A DNA stretch of 64,000 bases from Felis catus (Eukaryota). The DNA lies in NCBI RefSeq assembly GCF_018350175.1, contig NC_058368.1, positions 112,904,001 to 112,968,000 on the forward strand, given 5' to 3'. Numbering within the stretch: position 1 is the first letter of the stretch; every line of letters starts with the position of its first letter. The position numbers were made by a program, and so were the translations under genes. The notes under the pieces were generated by a model. That model did no database searches. It saw only the letters and a program-made list of their open reading frames with translations, and was not told the DNA's origin. Positions 11,834 through 25,940 of the stretch are shown here, one piece after another.

Positions 11834-12803
11834 ATTTGTATGTCATCTTTGGAAAAATGTCTTTTCAGTCTTTTGCCCATTTTTAATTAGATTATTTGTA
11901 TGTTGCTATTGAGTTGTATAGGTTTGTTATATCTTTTGCATATTAGCCCATCGTGAGATATATGGTTTGTAGATTTTTTTTCCTGATCCATAGTTTGCCT
12001 TTTCATTTTATTGATTATTTCCTTTGCCATTCATGAGAATTTTAGTTTGGTGTAGTCCCATTCACTTTTCCCTTGGTTGCATGTGCCTTTGGTGTGATAT
12101 CCAAAAAGTCACTGCCAAGAGCAATGCCAAGGAGCATTTTTCCCGATGTTTTCTTCTAAGAGTTTTTAATTTCAGGTCTTATATTTAAATCTTTAATCCA
12201 TTTAAAATTAATTTTTGTGAGAGGTATAAGATAGGGGTCCGATTTCATTTTTTTGGCATGTGGATATCCAGGTTTCTTGGCACCACCTGTTGAAGAGACT
12301 AGAGACTGTCCTTTCTCTATTGTATGTTCTTTTCACCCCTATCCAAGATTCGTTCACTGTATATGTGCAGGTTTTTTCTGGGATCTCTGTTCCATCGACC
12401 TATGTGTCTGTTTTCATGCCAATAATATACCATTTTGGTTGCTATATAGCTTCATAATATAGTTTGAAATTAGAAAATGTGATACCTCCAACTTTGCTTT
12501 GACAATTCAGAATCTTTTGTGGTTCCATAAAAAAATTTTTTTTTGCTTTGTTCATCATAAGCCAATATCTTTTTTTCTTATTAAGTTTTTTATGTTAATT
12601 CCAGTACTGTTAACATACAGTGTTACATCAGTTTCAGTTGTATAATACAGTGACTCAGTAATTCTAAGCATTATGCTGTACTCATTATGGTAACTGTACT
12701 CTTACCTTACTCTTACTCCATCACCTATTTTACTCATCCCCCCAACCCATCTCCCCTCTGGTAACTATCATTTTGTTCTCGAGAGTTAAGAGTCTGTTTC
12801 TCA

Positions 12804-13029
12804 GGGGCACCTGGGTGGTTCGGTCAGTTAAACGTCTGACTTCGGCTCAGGTCATGATCTCCCGGTTCATGGGTTCAAGCCCCACATCGGGCTCTGTGCT
12901 GACAGCTGAGAGCCTGGAGCCTGTTTCAGATTCTGTGTCTCCCTCTCTCTCTGCCCCTCCCCTGCTCGTGCTTTGTCTCTCTCTGTCTCTCAACAATAAA
13001 TAAATGTTAAAAAAATAAAAAAAAAAACA
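12804..13029 (+). mobile_element. Can-SINE lacking a TSD, at an L1 deletion junction
   Basis: Full SINE head, body and tail; left flank is L1 3'UTR and right flank is L1 RT-region sequence. Confidence 0.9.
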
Positions 13030-13452
13030 AATGCAGTGGATTTCTGTGCCTTGATTTTGTATCCAGCAGCTTCACTGAATTCGTTTATCAATTCTAGGAG
13101 TTTTTTGGTGCAGTGTTTAGAGTTTTCTCTATATCATATCATGTCACCTGCAAATAGTGAAAGTTTTACTTCTTCCTTACCAATTTGGATATCCTTTATT
13201 TCTTTTTGTTGTCTGATTGCTGAGGCTAGGACTTCCAGTACTGTGTTAAATAATAGTGGTGAGAATGTACATCCCTGTCTTGTTCCTGTCCTTTGGGGAA
13301 AAGCTCTTAGTTTTTCCCCATTAAGGATGATGTTTGCTGTGGGCTTTTCATATAAGGCCTTTATTATGTTGAGCTATGTTCTCTCTAAACCCATTTTGTT
13401 GAGGGTTTTTATCATGACTGGATGTGTTGTAGTTTGTCAAATGCATTTTTCT

Positions 13453-13621
13453 TTTGTGTGTGTATGTGTGTGCTTTTATGTATGCATATTAGACTTTGTT
13501 TATTCTTTTTTACATTTTCTTTTATTTATTTGTTTGTTTGTTTGTTTTTAATGTTACATAAAACACCCATTGCTCCTCCCAACAAGTGCTGTCCTCAATG
13601 CCCATCACCCATTGTCTCCTC
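13453..13621 (-). mobile_element. Short L1 3' end inserted in an L1
   Basis: Degenerate T-rich tail plus AACACCCATTGCTCCTCCCAACAAGTGC; TSD TCAAATGC(A/C)TTTTTCT at ~13437 and ~13622. Confidence 0.7.
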
Positions 13622-13887
13622 TCAAATGCCTTTTTCTAAAGGTAGTTTTTTTTTTCCCTATATCCGTGAAAATACCATTGGAATTTGATAGAGATTGAAC
13701 TGAATCTTTATATTGCTTTGAGTAGTGTGGACATTTTAACAGTATTAATTATTTTAGTCCATGATAATGGGAATACCTATTTATATCTTCTTCAGTTTCT
13801 TTCATTAATGTCTTAGTAGTTTTCAGTACATAGGTACCTCCTTGGTGAGAGAAAATTTATGCCTGGGTGTTTTATTGTATTTTCTAT

Positions 13888-14334
13888 TGTTAACTTTCAA
13901 AATAAAAATCAGTTATTTTGCCAGCAAAAAATAGGTTTATTGGGAATAACAGAGACTTGTAGTTCAGGACACGCAGGCTATGACAAAACCATAGGCAAGT
14001 CTAACACAAAGGAGAGGAATATTATTTTTTGGAGAAGAAGGAGGAAATTGGGAGGGGTTGTTTTGAATGAAAGTCCATTTGAGAATCATAGGAGTTCAGA
14101 GTGATGGTGGGTTTCTTGTGGGGTAAGTTGCAGGCATGATTGATTTCTTGTAGGAGATTCAAGGTACATCTTATCTTGTTGGAACCTGTAATTGATCATT
14201 CTTTCCTGTTGATGATTCCTCTGTTAGGGTCTGTAAGTGACAATTCTTCCTGTAACTGACTTTGAGCTGTACCAGTTCCCCCTTCTAGTTTCCCACATAC
14301 ACTTCAGTGAGGATTCTCTTTATTTATTTTCACA
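13888..14334 (-). mobile_element. ERV solo LTR nested in L1
   Basis: TG...CA ends, antisense AATAAA (TTTATT at ~13937), near-TSD CTAT/GTAT; L1 continues on both sides. Confidence 0.65.
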
Positions 14335-17300
14335 GTATTAGTGTAAATTGGATTATTTTCCTAATTTCTCTTTCCGGAGAAATTCGCTGTTAGTGTATAG
14401 AATTGCAGCTGATTTGTGTATGTTGGTTTTGCATCCTGCAGCCTTACTAAATTCAACTTCTTTTAACCATTTTTTCGAGGAGCCTTTAGGGTTTTCTTTA
14501 CATAAGATCATGCTGTCTACAAAGGTAATTTTACTTGTTTCAACCTAATTTGGATGGCTTTTACTTCTTTTTCTTACCTGCTTGCTCTATTTTGGACTTC
14601 CAGTACCATGGTGAATAGAAGTGGCAAGAGTAGTCGTCTTTGTCCTGGTGCTGATTTTAGAAGAAAAGATTTTAGCCTTTTACCATTGAGTGTGACTTTA
14701 ACTGTCAGCGTTTTATATATTGCCTTTATTATGTTGCAGTGCATGTGAAGTATGTATGTTCTTCTACTTATTTGTGGAGAATTTTTATCGTGGAAGGATG
14801 TTGAGTTTTATCAGATGCTTTTTCTGCATCTTATTGAGTTGATCATAATTTTTATCCTTCATTCTGTTAATGTGGTATTTCGCATTAATTGACTTTCATA
14901 TTTTGAACCATCCTCGCATCCTTGGGATAAGTTGAACTTGATTATGGCGTATGATCCTTTAAATGTGCTGTTGAATTCTGTTTGTTGTACTTTGCATTTG
15001 ATACTGACTTCTGTTCCCTGGCTTAGCAATCGCTTGGATGGCTTCTGGTATCCTGGATGTCATTAGTCCTGTAGAGTTGTTGATATTCTTCCCTCCAAAA
15101 CTAATAATAGGTAACATGAATTGAGCTTAAAACATGTGCCAGGCACTATACAAAGTATGTTATGTCTATCCTGTCTTTTATGATGAGGATATTGAGGCAC
15201 CATGAATCTATGTAACTTGCTCAAGGATCCACATTTTCATGCAGAGGAGCAGAAACTTGCATCTAGCAGCCTGTCTTTATACACCATACTTTTAGCCTGT
15301 ATTATATACTGCCTCTGTGTAATGATATCCCAGCAACATTGTGAGAACAAAATGAGACTCTGCATTGTCTCATGCACATAGGAGTGCACATAAGAGGCCT
15401 GTAATGTATTACTACATAAAAGGTAGAAAACAAATATTGCCTCTAACTTGCAAAGCTCTTCCATTACGCTTGATGCTCATATTCTAGCACACAGTAGTCA
15501 AACTGTGACAAATATGGATGCATTGACACCCCCATGTCTAAGAAGGAAGGATGAATGTGTGGCACTAGATTCTGAGGGGCTTAGTGGGCACAGATCTTGA
15601 GGATCTCATGGGGAACCGGCTGTTTAAGATGACCAGTGGCAGGGTCTCCTGGCTTCACACACCTTTAGGAGGTCATTACCTGGTCTTGCCTAGATCCTAT
15701 AAGCATAGGCCTAACCTCTTTCACTGCAGACTGGTTTCCTAATTTGTGCTTGGCTTGGGCAGCCTGCTCAGATGCCCCCCCACCCCACCCAAATTTCGAA
15801 TCACCTTTCCACCCTTTTTAACTCTACTATGGGTAGAGAGATAAGTTAAGGAGTTAAGCTCTTCTCCAATGATACCAGATAAAGTGGCAAGGTATCTAGG
15901 GAAATTACGCAAATGGAATAGTGGTGCAAGAGATACTTGGCACTGTGTGCCTTTTTCACTCGTTTGGCTCTATATCCTGTGAATGTATTATTTATTGCTA
16001 CAAAATGAGATCCAGAACTAATGCATAAATAAACAAATACATAAATCATGTTCCCTAGGTGATTTTGCTGCCTAGCCAGGTTTGAGAATCACTGCATTAA
16101 CTCATCACAAGGGACGGAAACAAACTCAAAATGCTTAGCCCATTTATCAGCCTTCTAGTGAAGTCATCCGCCTTGCACCCCCAGTGCTTACTAGAGAGCC
16201 CAGGGGAGGGTGCTCAACAAGCATTTGTTGAGTTTAAATCAATCCTTACCTTTTCTCTACAACAGACTGAGATGAGCTTGGTCTGTTGACTTCTGTGTGT
16301 ATCTTTACATACCACCTGCAGACTAATGGCCACATTATCACATCTTGTGTGAAAGCCTCCAGTTTCCAAATGCATGTCCCTGAAATGTATTTCACTGGGG
16401 CTCCTTGTCTGATCCTGTTCTTTCAAAATTATACATTGTGCTCTTTTTGAGATTAATTTGGAAAGGGCCTTGGGCCAAAAGTTAGAACTCTATGAATACA
16501 GGGACTAGGGGGAGCTTCGGGAAGTATTTATGGAAGAGGGCACGACTTGACCAGGACTATGAGAATGATTCAAATTTTCATTGTCCAGGGCAACCACAGG
16601 AAAGATAGACCTGGAGCTAAGAGACTCCAGGTGGGGGGTACAGGAGCAGGAATTATAGCATCAGGAAGAGCTTCAAGCGGGAAAGTATGGTTTGGGAGCA
16701 CTTAGCTATAGGAAAGGACACCAGGAGATGCATGCTGGAGAGAGGGAGGGGCCAGCTCATAACAAACAATCCCAAGGTATTGGGCTTGATGTATATACAC
16801 AGGAAATTATCATTACTATAGTGTTCGTATTAGTAAGACCTTCTTGGGGAGATGAGACAGATCCTGGCCTTGGAGCTAAATTTAGGGCTGTGGTTTTAAA
16901 CAAGAAATGTGTCCCAAAGTTTGCTGCAGAAGCAAAACAGTTCAAGTGAAACCATGCTCTCCAGGAAAAGAATGTGTTCTCAGGGTAGATTCAGCCAGGT
17001 TTTGATGTTTGATGAACCTGCTGAGAATAATGAGGAGAGAGCTAGTGAGTGGGCAGAATAAGGAGATAATCATTCGTTAAAGAATAAAGTGTGGAAGCAG
17101 AGAAATAACATTTCTCGTCTCAGCATAACAGGGAAAGAACGAGGTGGGTGACGATCAAGGTGGTCCAGGGTGAATGGAGGATGTAAGTGACAGAAATCAA
17201 TTCCTGACAACAGTGTATCCGTTCTCAGCTCGGAGGCAGAGCCAACATGGACTTTTGCTCCATATCCTCCGCTCAGTGGATCCCTCTCCTGTTCCCTAAA

Positions 17301-18060
17301 GCGTTTCTCACAGAACCATTGTTGGAAAGGGTGGGAGGTGCTCTTCCACCCTCAGGTGAAGGCTGCCAGGCAGCCAGCTTGCCCTGCGTCTGCCTGCCTC
17401 CCCACAGATGGCAAGGGACCCCAGACAACGTGAAAGACGCCCCGACAGTGGAAAATGGAGCAAAAGAAAGCACCCCCTACGTGAGCCCTGTTTGCCCACA
17501 AGTGTTTTGAGGGAGGAAATAGGAAGGGAATTATGCAAAAGCATCTTCTCTCAGAAAGTCAGTGTCATTCCTCCAGAACAGCAGAGAAACCTGTGGAGTA
17601 TGGCTCACACTTACAGATTCCACCCCCATGCTGGATAGTTGTTTGTTTTTGCAGACTAAGAAGGCTTAAAAGGTGGGAGTTACCTTTTGACGGAACGGGA
17701 TGCAAAATGTCTCTCGCCTAGTCGGTTTCAGGTCTTACAAATCAAGGCAGATTCCTTAACGGGATTATATTTTCCTGTCTGTCGTTTTCTGTTTAAAACT
17801 CTTCCGTTAAGAGCTCTTCGCGTGTGATATGGCGCTGAATGTAGAAAAGATACTCTTCAGGGACCAGTGTGGGATAGAACCCACACTTGTTACTCTGTCT
17901 GGGCCAGTGAAATTTCCCCTTAGGCTAACACATAAGTGGCTTTCTCAGTCTTGATCTGTAGGGGCTACGCAATGTCAATTTGTATGGGCAAAGGTCTAAG
18001 GGCACACAGAGACCAGAGCATCCCTTTGCTTCTGTGGCTGAACAATCAACCTAAGCAAGG

Positions 18061-18210
18061 CAAGACCAGCACAAGGTTAAGGTGAGTAACATGCCTAAGG
18101 CCAAAATTTAAGGAGGCACTCACTCTTGGGGGTCACTTAAGTGCAGGGTCAACCCTGACAGCCTCCTTAAATTTTTGTTCTCCAAATACCTCACTCTGGT
18201 CCCTGCCCAG
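18061..18210. mobile_element. Palindromic hAT-type MITE (MER96/MER91-like)
   Basis: Perfect 15-bp inverted repeat AAAATTTAAGGAGGC (18103-18117) / GCCTCCTTAAATTTT (18161-18175) with further degenerate outer symmetry. Confidence 0.65.
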
Positions 18211-19138
18211 AGCCTCAGTGTTCCATCCACAAACACTGAGACATTTCATGCCTTGATATTTTATGCAACTGCATCAACATTTATCCAGTAGATGTATTTC
18301 TAAACATTATTCACAAATTTATTCACAAATATTGAGAAGCTTCATCTGCTTCTTAGGATCTTCCACTGGCAGTGACCCAACCATGTTAACTTCGTATTTT
18401 CCTTACTGCTTCATGCAGAGAACCTTAAAAGCACTGCAGGAAGTTGACATTAAATGAATTGATAGAAGAGAAATAACCTTGGGTGATCACCTCCCAGATT
18501 CACCTGTTGCACAAGTTTGTTTTCATGTGTAATTTTCTGTATGTTGGGACCACCTGTGTTAAATTTGGATTCCTCTAATTCACTGTTGCCCAGACCAATC
18601 CAGAGGCTAAACAAAATAAAAGCGACCATCACTTGTCTTTACTGCCCACCCATCATGCGTACACTCTAGATCAAGGCTATGTGCTGTATTACACTCTCTT
18701 ACAATACCCAACCGATCCTGGATTCTCAGGGCTGAAATAAGTGGGGACATATTTAACTACCTGGAGAAAATTATTTTTTCATTCTATAGTTCTTGAGTCA
18801 GTATCTTGCCAAACAAGGGCATCTCTGTCAGTCTGAGTCACAGGATTCAAATCCTTTGGTTTTAACCTTTAGTGTAAACCAAGAGGTCAATTTTGGCCAG
18901 TTCAAGGCTGAATCCAAGACAGTTTTAAGACTATAGCCGACAGAAGACATCTATAAGTCACCTCCCTGTGAGTATCAGAAGTTCTGCTATCTATGTTAGT
19001 CATTGCTGAATGCTCTGGCAGTATGATAACTGAATATCTAAGAGGGATGTTACATTTCACATGGGTGGCTCTATCATCGTTTCCTTTGTGACTGTTTCCA
19101 CCATTGCTTTTATGTTTAAAAGACCCTCACCTGTTTAC

Positions 19139-19443
19139 TGTTAAAAAACAAAATTCACCTGAGGAAATTTTGTATATTTTATTGGCTCTATTCAATGATC
19201 CACGAATCAGGGAGCATCCAACGTAATAGAGAGAAGGAACAAGAAGTTATACTAGGCACAAAAGTAGGTTGGTTATTGTAAAGTTACTAACTTTCCTTTA
19301 GGGGAAGGCAGGCATCTATTAAGGGATTCCTGAATAATTCCATTTCCAGAAGAGTCAAACTGTAATTAAGTCAAGTCTCATTTTGGTGCTATGGGGCTTA
19401 GCGTAAGCAACTCCACTTGGGGTCTGTTGTCTTGTTTTTAACA
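19139..19443 (-). mobile_element. 3' LTR of a truncated ERV
   Basis: Inverted ends TGTTAAAAA...TTTTTAACA, immediately followed by an antisense polypurine tract (ATTCTCCCTTTC). Confidence 0.75.
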
Positions 19444-21130
19444 ATTCTCCCTTTCTGGCTAGACTCTTAGCCTAAGAGATGTGGTAAAAAACAAAAAACA
19501 AAAACAAAAACTTAAGGCAATAGCTTACGAGCTCCTCCCAGCTACTGCTCGGGAGTTCTCACAATTTTTGCTGAATATCTGTGTGCTGTTCACAGGTCAT
19601 GATGTCCAGTTCACATTCTCCAAGTCAGTCATTCCTGTTGTTCCTTTTCTGTCTTAGGGAGATCATTTGGTTGGTAGTTCCTGTGTTCTAGATTTAGAGC
19701 TGTTTGTCTTTGGAATGTTTTTCTTTCCCCCTGGGTACATGGTTTCGTTTAGCTCAGGGAAGAAGGCCTAAAAAAAAAAGTTCCTGTTAAGCTCTGAATA
19801 TCTGCTTCCAATTTGGCCAATTTTTGGCCATAGAGCTACTTTAAAAAAATCCTTTCAAATATCTTGTCAGATTTCATCCAGGACAAACAGCAAATATTCT
19901 TGGCTGTATTGAACAAACACTTGGACACAAGAGGTATCTCCAAAGAGGGTGCAAGGGGTACTATCCTTGAAGATCCAGTGCCACTCCCAAAATATCCCAA
20001 AGAAAGAAAGACTTAGACATTTTATCTGAGAGCTAGTAACAGTTAGTGGGACCCTTGCTGCAGATGGAATACAACTCACATTTCTGTCCAGGCATATTTT
20101 GCAGCTCCCAACTCCCAAACCGCGACTGAGCTTCTGTATACACTCGAACTGGCAGCCTGCGTGTGGCAGGCAGGCATAAAGCCAAGCCAGGTTGTTGGGA
20201 CACAAAACAAAAGAAACAAGGACATAGTTTTCCCTAGGAGAGAAAGGATCAGCAACCAGCAAGTGCCCCCAAACCAAATTTATAAGGGTCTGGATTTGGA
20301 AAAGAAGGGACAACCTGAGATTTTACCTCCTTCTCTCTACTGGACAGTACAGAGATCCAGAATAGCTGACTCTGGTGTGAATTCTCATCCTTTGCTGGCT
20401 TCTGCCAGTTTCCCCAGGATCCCATCTGCTGTCTCCAGAGCGAGTGAGGTTGAAAGTAGGGAGTATAGCCCTGGTATCTACGAGAATTTGGCAAGGTTTA
20501 CCATTAATTTTAATTTTAGTTTCCTCTTGAAGCTTTAAGGAAATAACGTCTAGCAGTTTACTGGAGCATTCCTCAGGATCCCCTTGAGTATGGGACCAGC
20601 CCAGATGGTATGGGGGCTCCTCACTTGGTGGACTTTTGTTGCTGGTCTTCGAGTCTCTTCAGAGGGGAAACAAAATTCAGAGAGAGGATTAGTAGACTGA
20701 GTAGTCAGGTAAGGGAGGGTGGAGGGGAGCAGTGGGAGTCACATTAGTCTTACATAGTCATGTCTTAGTTTTCCCTTGTATCTTTAATTCTCCTTAGACT
20801 TTTGGAATCTTGAGGCCTATCAGAGGCTTCTAAATTCCAATTACAATAGGTACTCTCCCCTGTTTATTTGAGTTAGTAGCCCTGGCTTTCAACTTCATTC
20901 CTTAAATGAATGATCTTGTCTAATGGGAATGTTCTCCATATTGGCCGTTTTAATTTTAGACTGTCTTTGTAAGATTCTGCCATTTGTTATAGACACGTAC
21001 AGCTTCGGAGATCTGTAGGTCTGTAGATATAAGTAGGTGTGGTAGAAGGTGGCACATTGGTTTCGTCGAAACTTCTAAGCCTTGGGTTTCTCAGAGCCAA
21101 ATTAATGACTAAGAGGCATTAAATACAAGC
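19444..21130 (-). mobile_element. Degenerate ERV internal sequence; no 5' LTR seen
   Basis: Contiguous with the PPT and LTR; no intact gag/pol ORF; right boundary approximate. Confidence 0.5.
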
Positions 21131-22430
21131 AGATGGGGACAGACCAGTGGCCACAAGATCTCCATGGTACTAGCATATTTTTTTGTGGAGGAAGAATGAA
21201 ACGGTAGGGCATCATCTGACAGAGCTGACACTGGGAGATCTCCAACGTAGTCGATAGGTATTTAATGGAAGGCACAGCAGGCTAATTTGAAAATGGCAGC
21301 AGAAGTGGGGAGGGGCTTTTTCTCTGTAATACCGGATAAGTGTAAGGAGTCCACAAGAGAAAGGTCTGAGGGATGCTCAGTAGTCTGGCCCCTGTGAATT
21401 CTCCACACCAATGAGCCAGAGCTCCTGCCAGGACGCAGTCCCGCCTAGAGGAATAACTGCTCAGAGAAGCAAACCAAACAGAACAGAGACAAAGGGACAA
21501 AGAAGGGCAAAAGGGGGGATGGGAATAGCCAGGAAATCAGAGGAAGCGGGCTGCCCTACTTTGGAACATTGTAAAACAACAGGAGAGGGACCTTTGAGAA
21601 GTTATAAAAGCTATCCTGAACCACGCCTCATTCTAAAAGTTCAAGGAACCAATTTCAGCCCAAAAATCAGCAATAGGCAAGTATGAAAGTCAAATCCATA
21701 CCAAGTTATTGTAAGAAAAAGCAAAATAAGGAGCAGAATAGCATCCCTGCAGACAGTGAAAGCATGCCAGAAAGATTTGCTCTCAAAATAGATTAAAACT
21801 ATGACCTACTATTTCAAAACAAACTGAAAGATTAAGAAAATGATGTAAGACATTAAAGGATAGGGCAAATCGGAATTAGAAAGAACTCAGAAATGAGGTG
21901 ATAATGCTCGGGAAAGGACTCAAGACAATGTAAAAATCCGTGGTGCTTAGAGATTTTTTTTTTTTTTACCAAGTGATTAGAGTGACATAGATGTAGGAGG
22001 ACCCATGAGCATTATTAGATATATAGGTACTTGTGAAACTAAAACTCATTGAGAGCTAAGTTCATAATTACTATATACTGTGACCATTCACATCCAGTAG
22101 AACTCCAGTAAATGTAGCGGGCGGGCATGGCTAGAGCATGTGCCAAAATAATTTTAACGTTTCCACCGATCATATTGTACTATTGATTGTACTATTGTAC
22201 ATATTGATACTGTTAGTATCAGTGTTATTACTATGACACTGTCACATGTACAATACATGAAAACACAAATGAGTTATGATAGAACATTTTTATTCTGTCA
22301 CCTCTGCTGTCCTTGAGGGCCAGGCTTCTCAGTGTGAAATAAAGGAGGTGCATATATAATAGATAAAAGGTTTAGTAAATGTTCTTTAGGTTTAAATTTG
22401 AATTGTAAGAGCAAAACGAACTCATGAGGT

Positions 22431-22432
<2 letters not shown>

Positions 22433-22472
<40 letters not shown>

Positions 22473-22515
22473 TATGTGCACGCGTGCATACGTTTGCGTG
22501 CATCAGTGTGTGTGT
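22433..22515. repeat. (TG)n microsatellite
   Basis: TG run with a degenerate extension. Confidence 0.93.
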
Positions 22516-22979
22516 ATTACTTAGCTCTGTGTACTACTTAAGATGCCTTGAGATAATTACCAACATCATAGTAATCATGGTCTTGAAATAAAATTTGTAA
22601 CCCAAAGAAACCTGGTTTTCTTAAAGAAATAGCTTATTCCAGAGAGGATGGCCAGGAGGCTACCAGATCCTACTTGGGTCATGACAGAAAGACTCTAGAC
22701 ATGACTTAATGAGTCTGCCACTAGTTAAAGGTGGGACAAAATTGTGTTTCGGTAATGAAAATGATTATAATGGGTTGAAAGCGACCAAATATGTTTATTT
22801 CCTGAGTTTATGGAATTAAAACGTTACTCACCTTCAGAAAATGACAGCAAACCACTTTCATTGTCTTGAAAACCAGTACATAAGTGGAAAGGGCCCAGCA
22901 TTTTACGACCTTCATGAACTGTACCAAGAGTAATCAAAAGAGTAAAAAAGGACAAGTGTCTCTTTATCAAATATTCCAA

Positions 22980-23390
22980 TGAAGAAACTCCTAAAATGTC
23001 TCCCTCCCTTCATGTTCTGAACTTCGCTGACAACATTTTAGCCTCTTTCTCCCCCTTTTCGCCACATCTGGGTGAGCCAGGACGGCCAATGGCTGTCTCC
23101 TTTGGTACCTGGAGATGGTTCAAACCATGCCAGCTCCACTGTGCCCAGAAACCTTCACCCTACCCTATCGTCTAATCACAGTACCAACCACATGCAGTCT
23201 CCTTTCCCCGCTCCCTCGAGTCATTTTGGGGGCCAGCTTAGGAAGCCGGCATTGCTGTAGTCTGGCTACAGCCCCATTATGTAAGTAATAAACCTTTTCA
23301 TTCCTTCTCTGTGTATGGTATTTATCAGTCTTGACATCCACCCCAGTGTTGGATGGGGATCCATCCTCTCTTTCAGAGTGATCTCACCAC
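22980..23390 (+). mobile_element. Old solo LTR (family uncertain)
   Basis: TG start, AATAAA at ~23287 followed by a U5-like GT-rich tract. Confidence 0.4.
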
Positions 23391-25764
23391 GGACAAAAAT
23401 GAAAAGGTAAATGTAGGATATTGCCATTGGTAACCCCCAATTAAAAACAGCATTTAGGCAAAGGCTGCTGACATCATAAAATGAGAGGTACGTCAGACAC
23501 TGTGTGCTTCCTATAATTTTGATAGAATTTAAATCTGTGTGTGTCAATGTGCGTGTGTATTCAGAATAAGTGAAGGTCTGTTGGATCATGGACTCAGACC
23601 TACTAGTGGGAAATACCAGTACAAAAACAGTACACATTTCTGGAAAGACATTTGGCAATAAAGTTTAAGAAGCTTAAAAGCCGTAGAGCTCTTTATCTAC
23701 CTTGTAGATATCAAATCTAAGGAATAATTAATGACATGATAAAACTTTATATAGGAAGATTTGCAGTGTAATAATGTAGTTTCCTATAAAGTAGTTAATG
23801 AGAGAAGGGATATAATGTCTAGAAGTAAAGGGAAAAGTTGAACAACATGCCATAAATTAAAAGATGCCTTTGAAAAAATGTGATAAGCATCAGTGCTTGA
23901 AATATATGCCATAGTGTTGGTTTTTTAAAAAGGCAAGAAACAAATGAGGGTTCAAAATGGGTGTATATGGGAAGAGTAAAAACCCTGGGAGAAAATGCAG
24001 CAATGCAAACTCTGATGAAAACCAGTGTTGGAGCACTGTTTTTGAATTAGCCCATGAGAAATGACAGCTCATCAGCAGTCATCAGGCGGCACCCGCCCAA
24101 CACTCTGAAGTTTCATGTTCACAGTGGACCATGTCTGTAAAACTCATTTCTGGTTCAAATACTCTCATAATAATTAAGGAAAGGAATCTTACCACTCCAT
24201 AAAAGGAATGATAACGGGGAATGCTCCTACATTTTCAAATAAAAGATACAGATCCTTGTCAACATCATCACCTTCTTCAGCATCATGGTTTCTGTGCCTG
24301 TCAGGGATGGGCTCATCGATCACAGAGCCCTGAGGTCCTTGACGGCAACTTTCCATATCAAACTAGAGCACACTCATGAGAATTTCCATCTCCCTGGCAA
24401 GACTGTGAGTTCCAAAGAACTGTGTGCGCATCCTCCCTGATCCCTGCTGGAACCCTGGCTCCCAGCCCAGGAGAGAATACCTGATTAATATCTGTCAAGT
24501 GAATGAACAAATGTTCCTATAACAGATGTGCTCCTGGGGAACCAATTCTCCACTGTTTAAGCCTTCTTACTCTAATGAGAGATGGACTGAAATTATTTAT
24601 AGGAAAGAATGCTACGTGCCCTGTACCTATCTAGTAGAGTCAGTTAAATGTGGGATGCCTGATACTTCAGTATTAATGCTCTCTCCCATTTCTTGTATCC
24701 AAGAAAGTATAGGCATTGAGCCGAGTAGTTCACATTCATTATGTCTAATACTCAAACCATCTTATCTCTCTGTCCATTTCGCCAGTGTGGCCATTAGGAC
24801 TCAGAGAATTGGTGTGACTGGGCCAAGACCACCCAGCTGGGAGCTCCCAAGTCAAGGTGACTGTTTCAGTAGCTCACATGCAGTACTAAGGATCAAATCA
24901 AGAAATGAGAGAAAATGAAAGATATCTCTAGATGTCTCCAAAGAAGGGAATAGGTAGGAATATCATCAGTCAGCAGGGAGCCTAAGTTGCTAGAAAACTC
25001 GGAAAGCTCCCAAATGTTTCAGCTGGTTTGCTCAGCTTTTTTTGAAAAGGAAATAAGGTAAGAATGGAGTTCTTCAGTCAGATGCCTAATCCTTCAGGGA
25101 AGGGAAGGCAAAACAGTGTTAGAGACGAGAGTAGCTTTTTTTCTTTTTTTTAAACCCCGTTAAAAATTCTTGGAAAGGTGAAACACAAAGGATGCTAAGG
25201 GAAATGGGGGTTTGAATCAGGGATTATTTTTCCCAAGTTTTTGCTAAACTTTCACTCTATGGAGACTGATTATTGGGAGTTGAAGAAGAATGAGCATTTG
25301 AAGTATTAATGTTGGACACAAGGTTCGCAAAAATGAAACAAGTATCCAAATGACGGGCTTGACCATTTCATGTAGAAATATATACACGTGGAACTTTAAT
25401 TAGACACTTGACACAAAAAATGGAAATTAAAGGATGATATATGTCCTTAATAATAACCATGTAGGAGGAATGGTCAATAATGGGGAATTTAAATGCTTTC
25501 ATAAATGGGATTCAAAACTCATACTGAACGGAAAAAGTTAAGATTTAAAAACAGTGAAAGACCTGTTGTTAACCAGTCTTCAGCCAGTGAAAAATGATAC
25601 AAATCAACTGGAAGATTTTACGGATGCTAACGTTTTTAGAGGCATTTGCAGCTCCTTTCTTTAGTAAGAGGAATTCATTGTATCACCCTGAGACAGAAAA
25701 TATTCCGGGTATCTCAGACAAAGTTAAATAATATACAAAGTGACAAGATTCTTATTGTCTGTTG

Positions 25765-25940
25765 CAGACCATTGGTTCTCAGTACTGCCTGCATATTAGA
25801 ATCACCTGGACAGCTTCAAAAATATTCATTCTGGATCCCTACCCTAATTAAACCAGAACCTTTGGGAATGAGAATTGGTGTTTTTCTAAAGCTTCCATGA
25901 TGATTGTACTTTGCTGCCGGATTGAGGATCACTAATTTAG
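25765..25940. mobile_element. MER5A-like hAT-Charlie MITE
   Basis: TGGTTCTCA...CATATTAGAATCACCTGG...TTGAGGATCACT. Confidence 0.7.

Larger units (their letters stand above)
10085..15000 (-). mobile_element. Older L1 (3'UTR plus ORF2 3' part) hosting nested SINEs, younger L1 pieces and an LTR
   Basis: Antisense L1 sequence; ORF-track peptide VQPFWKTIWSFLKKLKTELP matches the L1 ORF2 C-terminus; host sequence resumes after each nested insertion. Confidence 0.85.

Noticed and set aside
13036..13551. 171-aa plus-strand ORF
   Set aside because: It is the antisense frame of L1 ORF2 running into a microsatellite-like tail.
16213..16232. Palindrome CTCAACAA-GCAT-TTGTTGAG
   Set aside because: Explained by the intrinsic symmetry of the L2 3' terminus.
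16244..16381. Possible minus-strand exon with a strong AAG|GTAAGG donor
   Set aside because: The candidate acceptors have weak pyrimidine tracts and no recognisable peptide; not supportable without transcript data.
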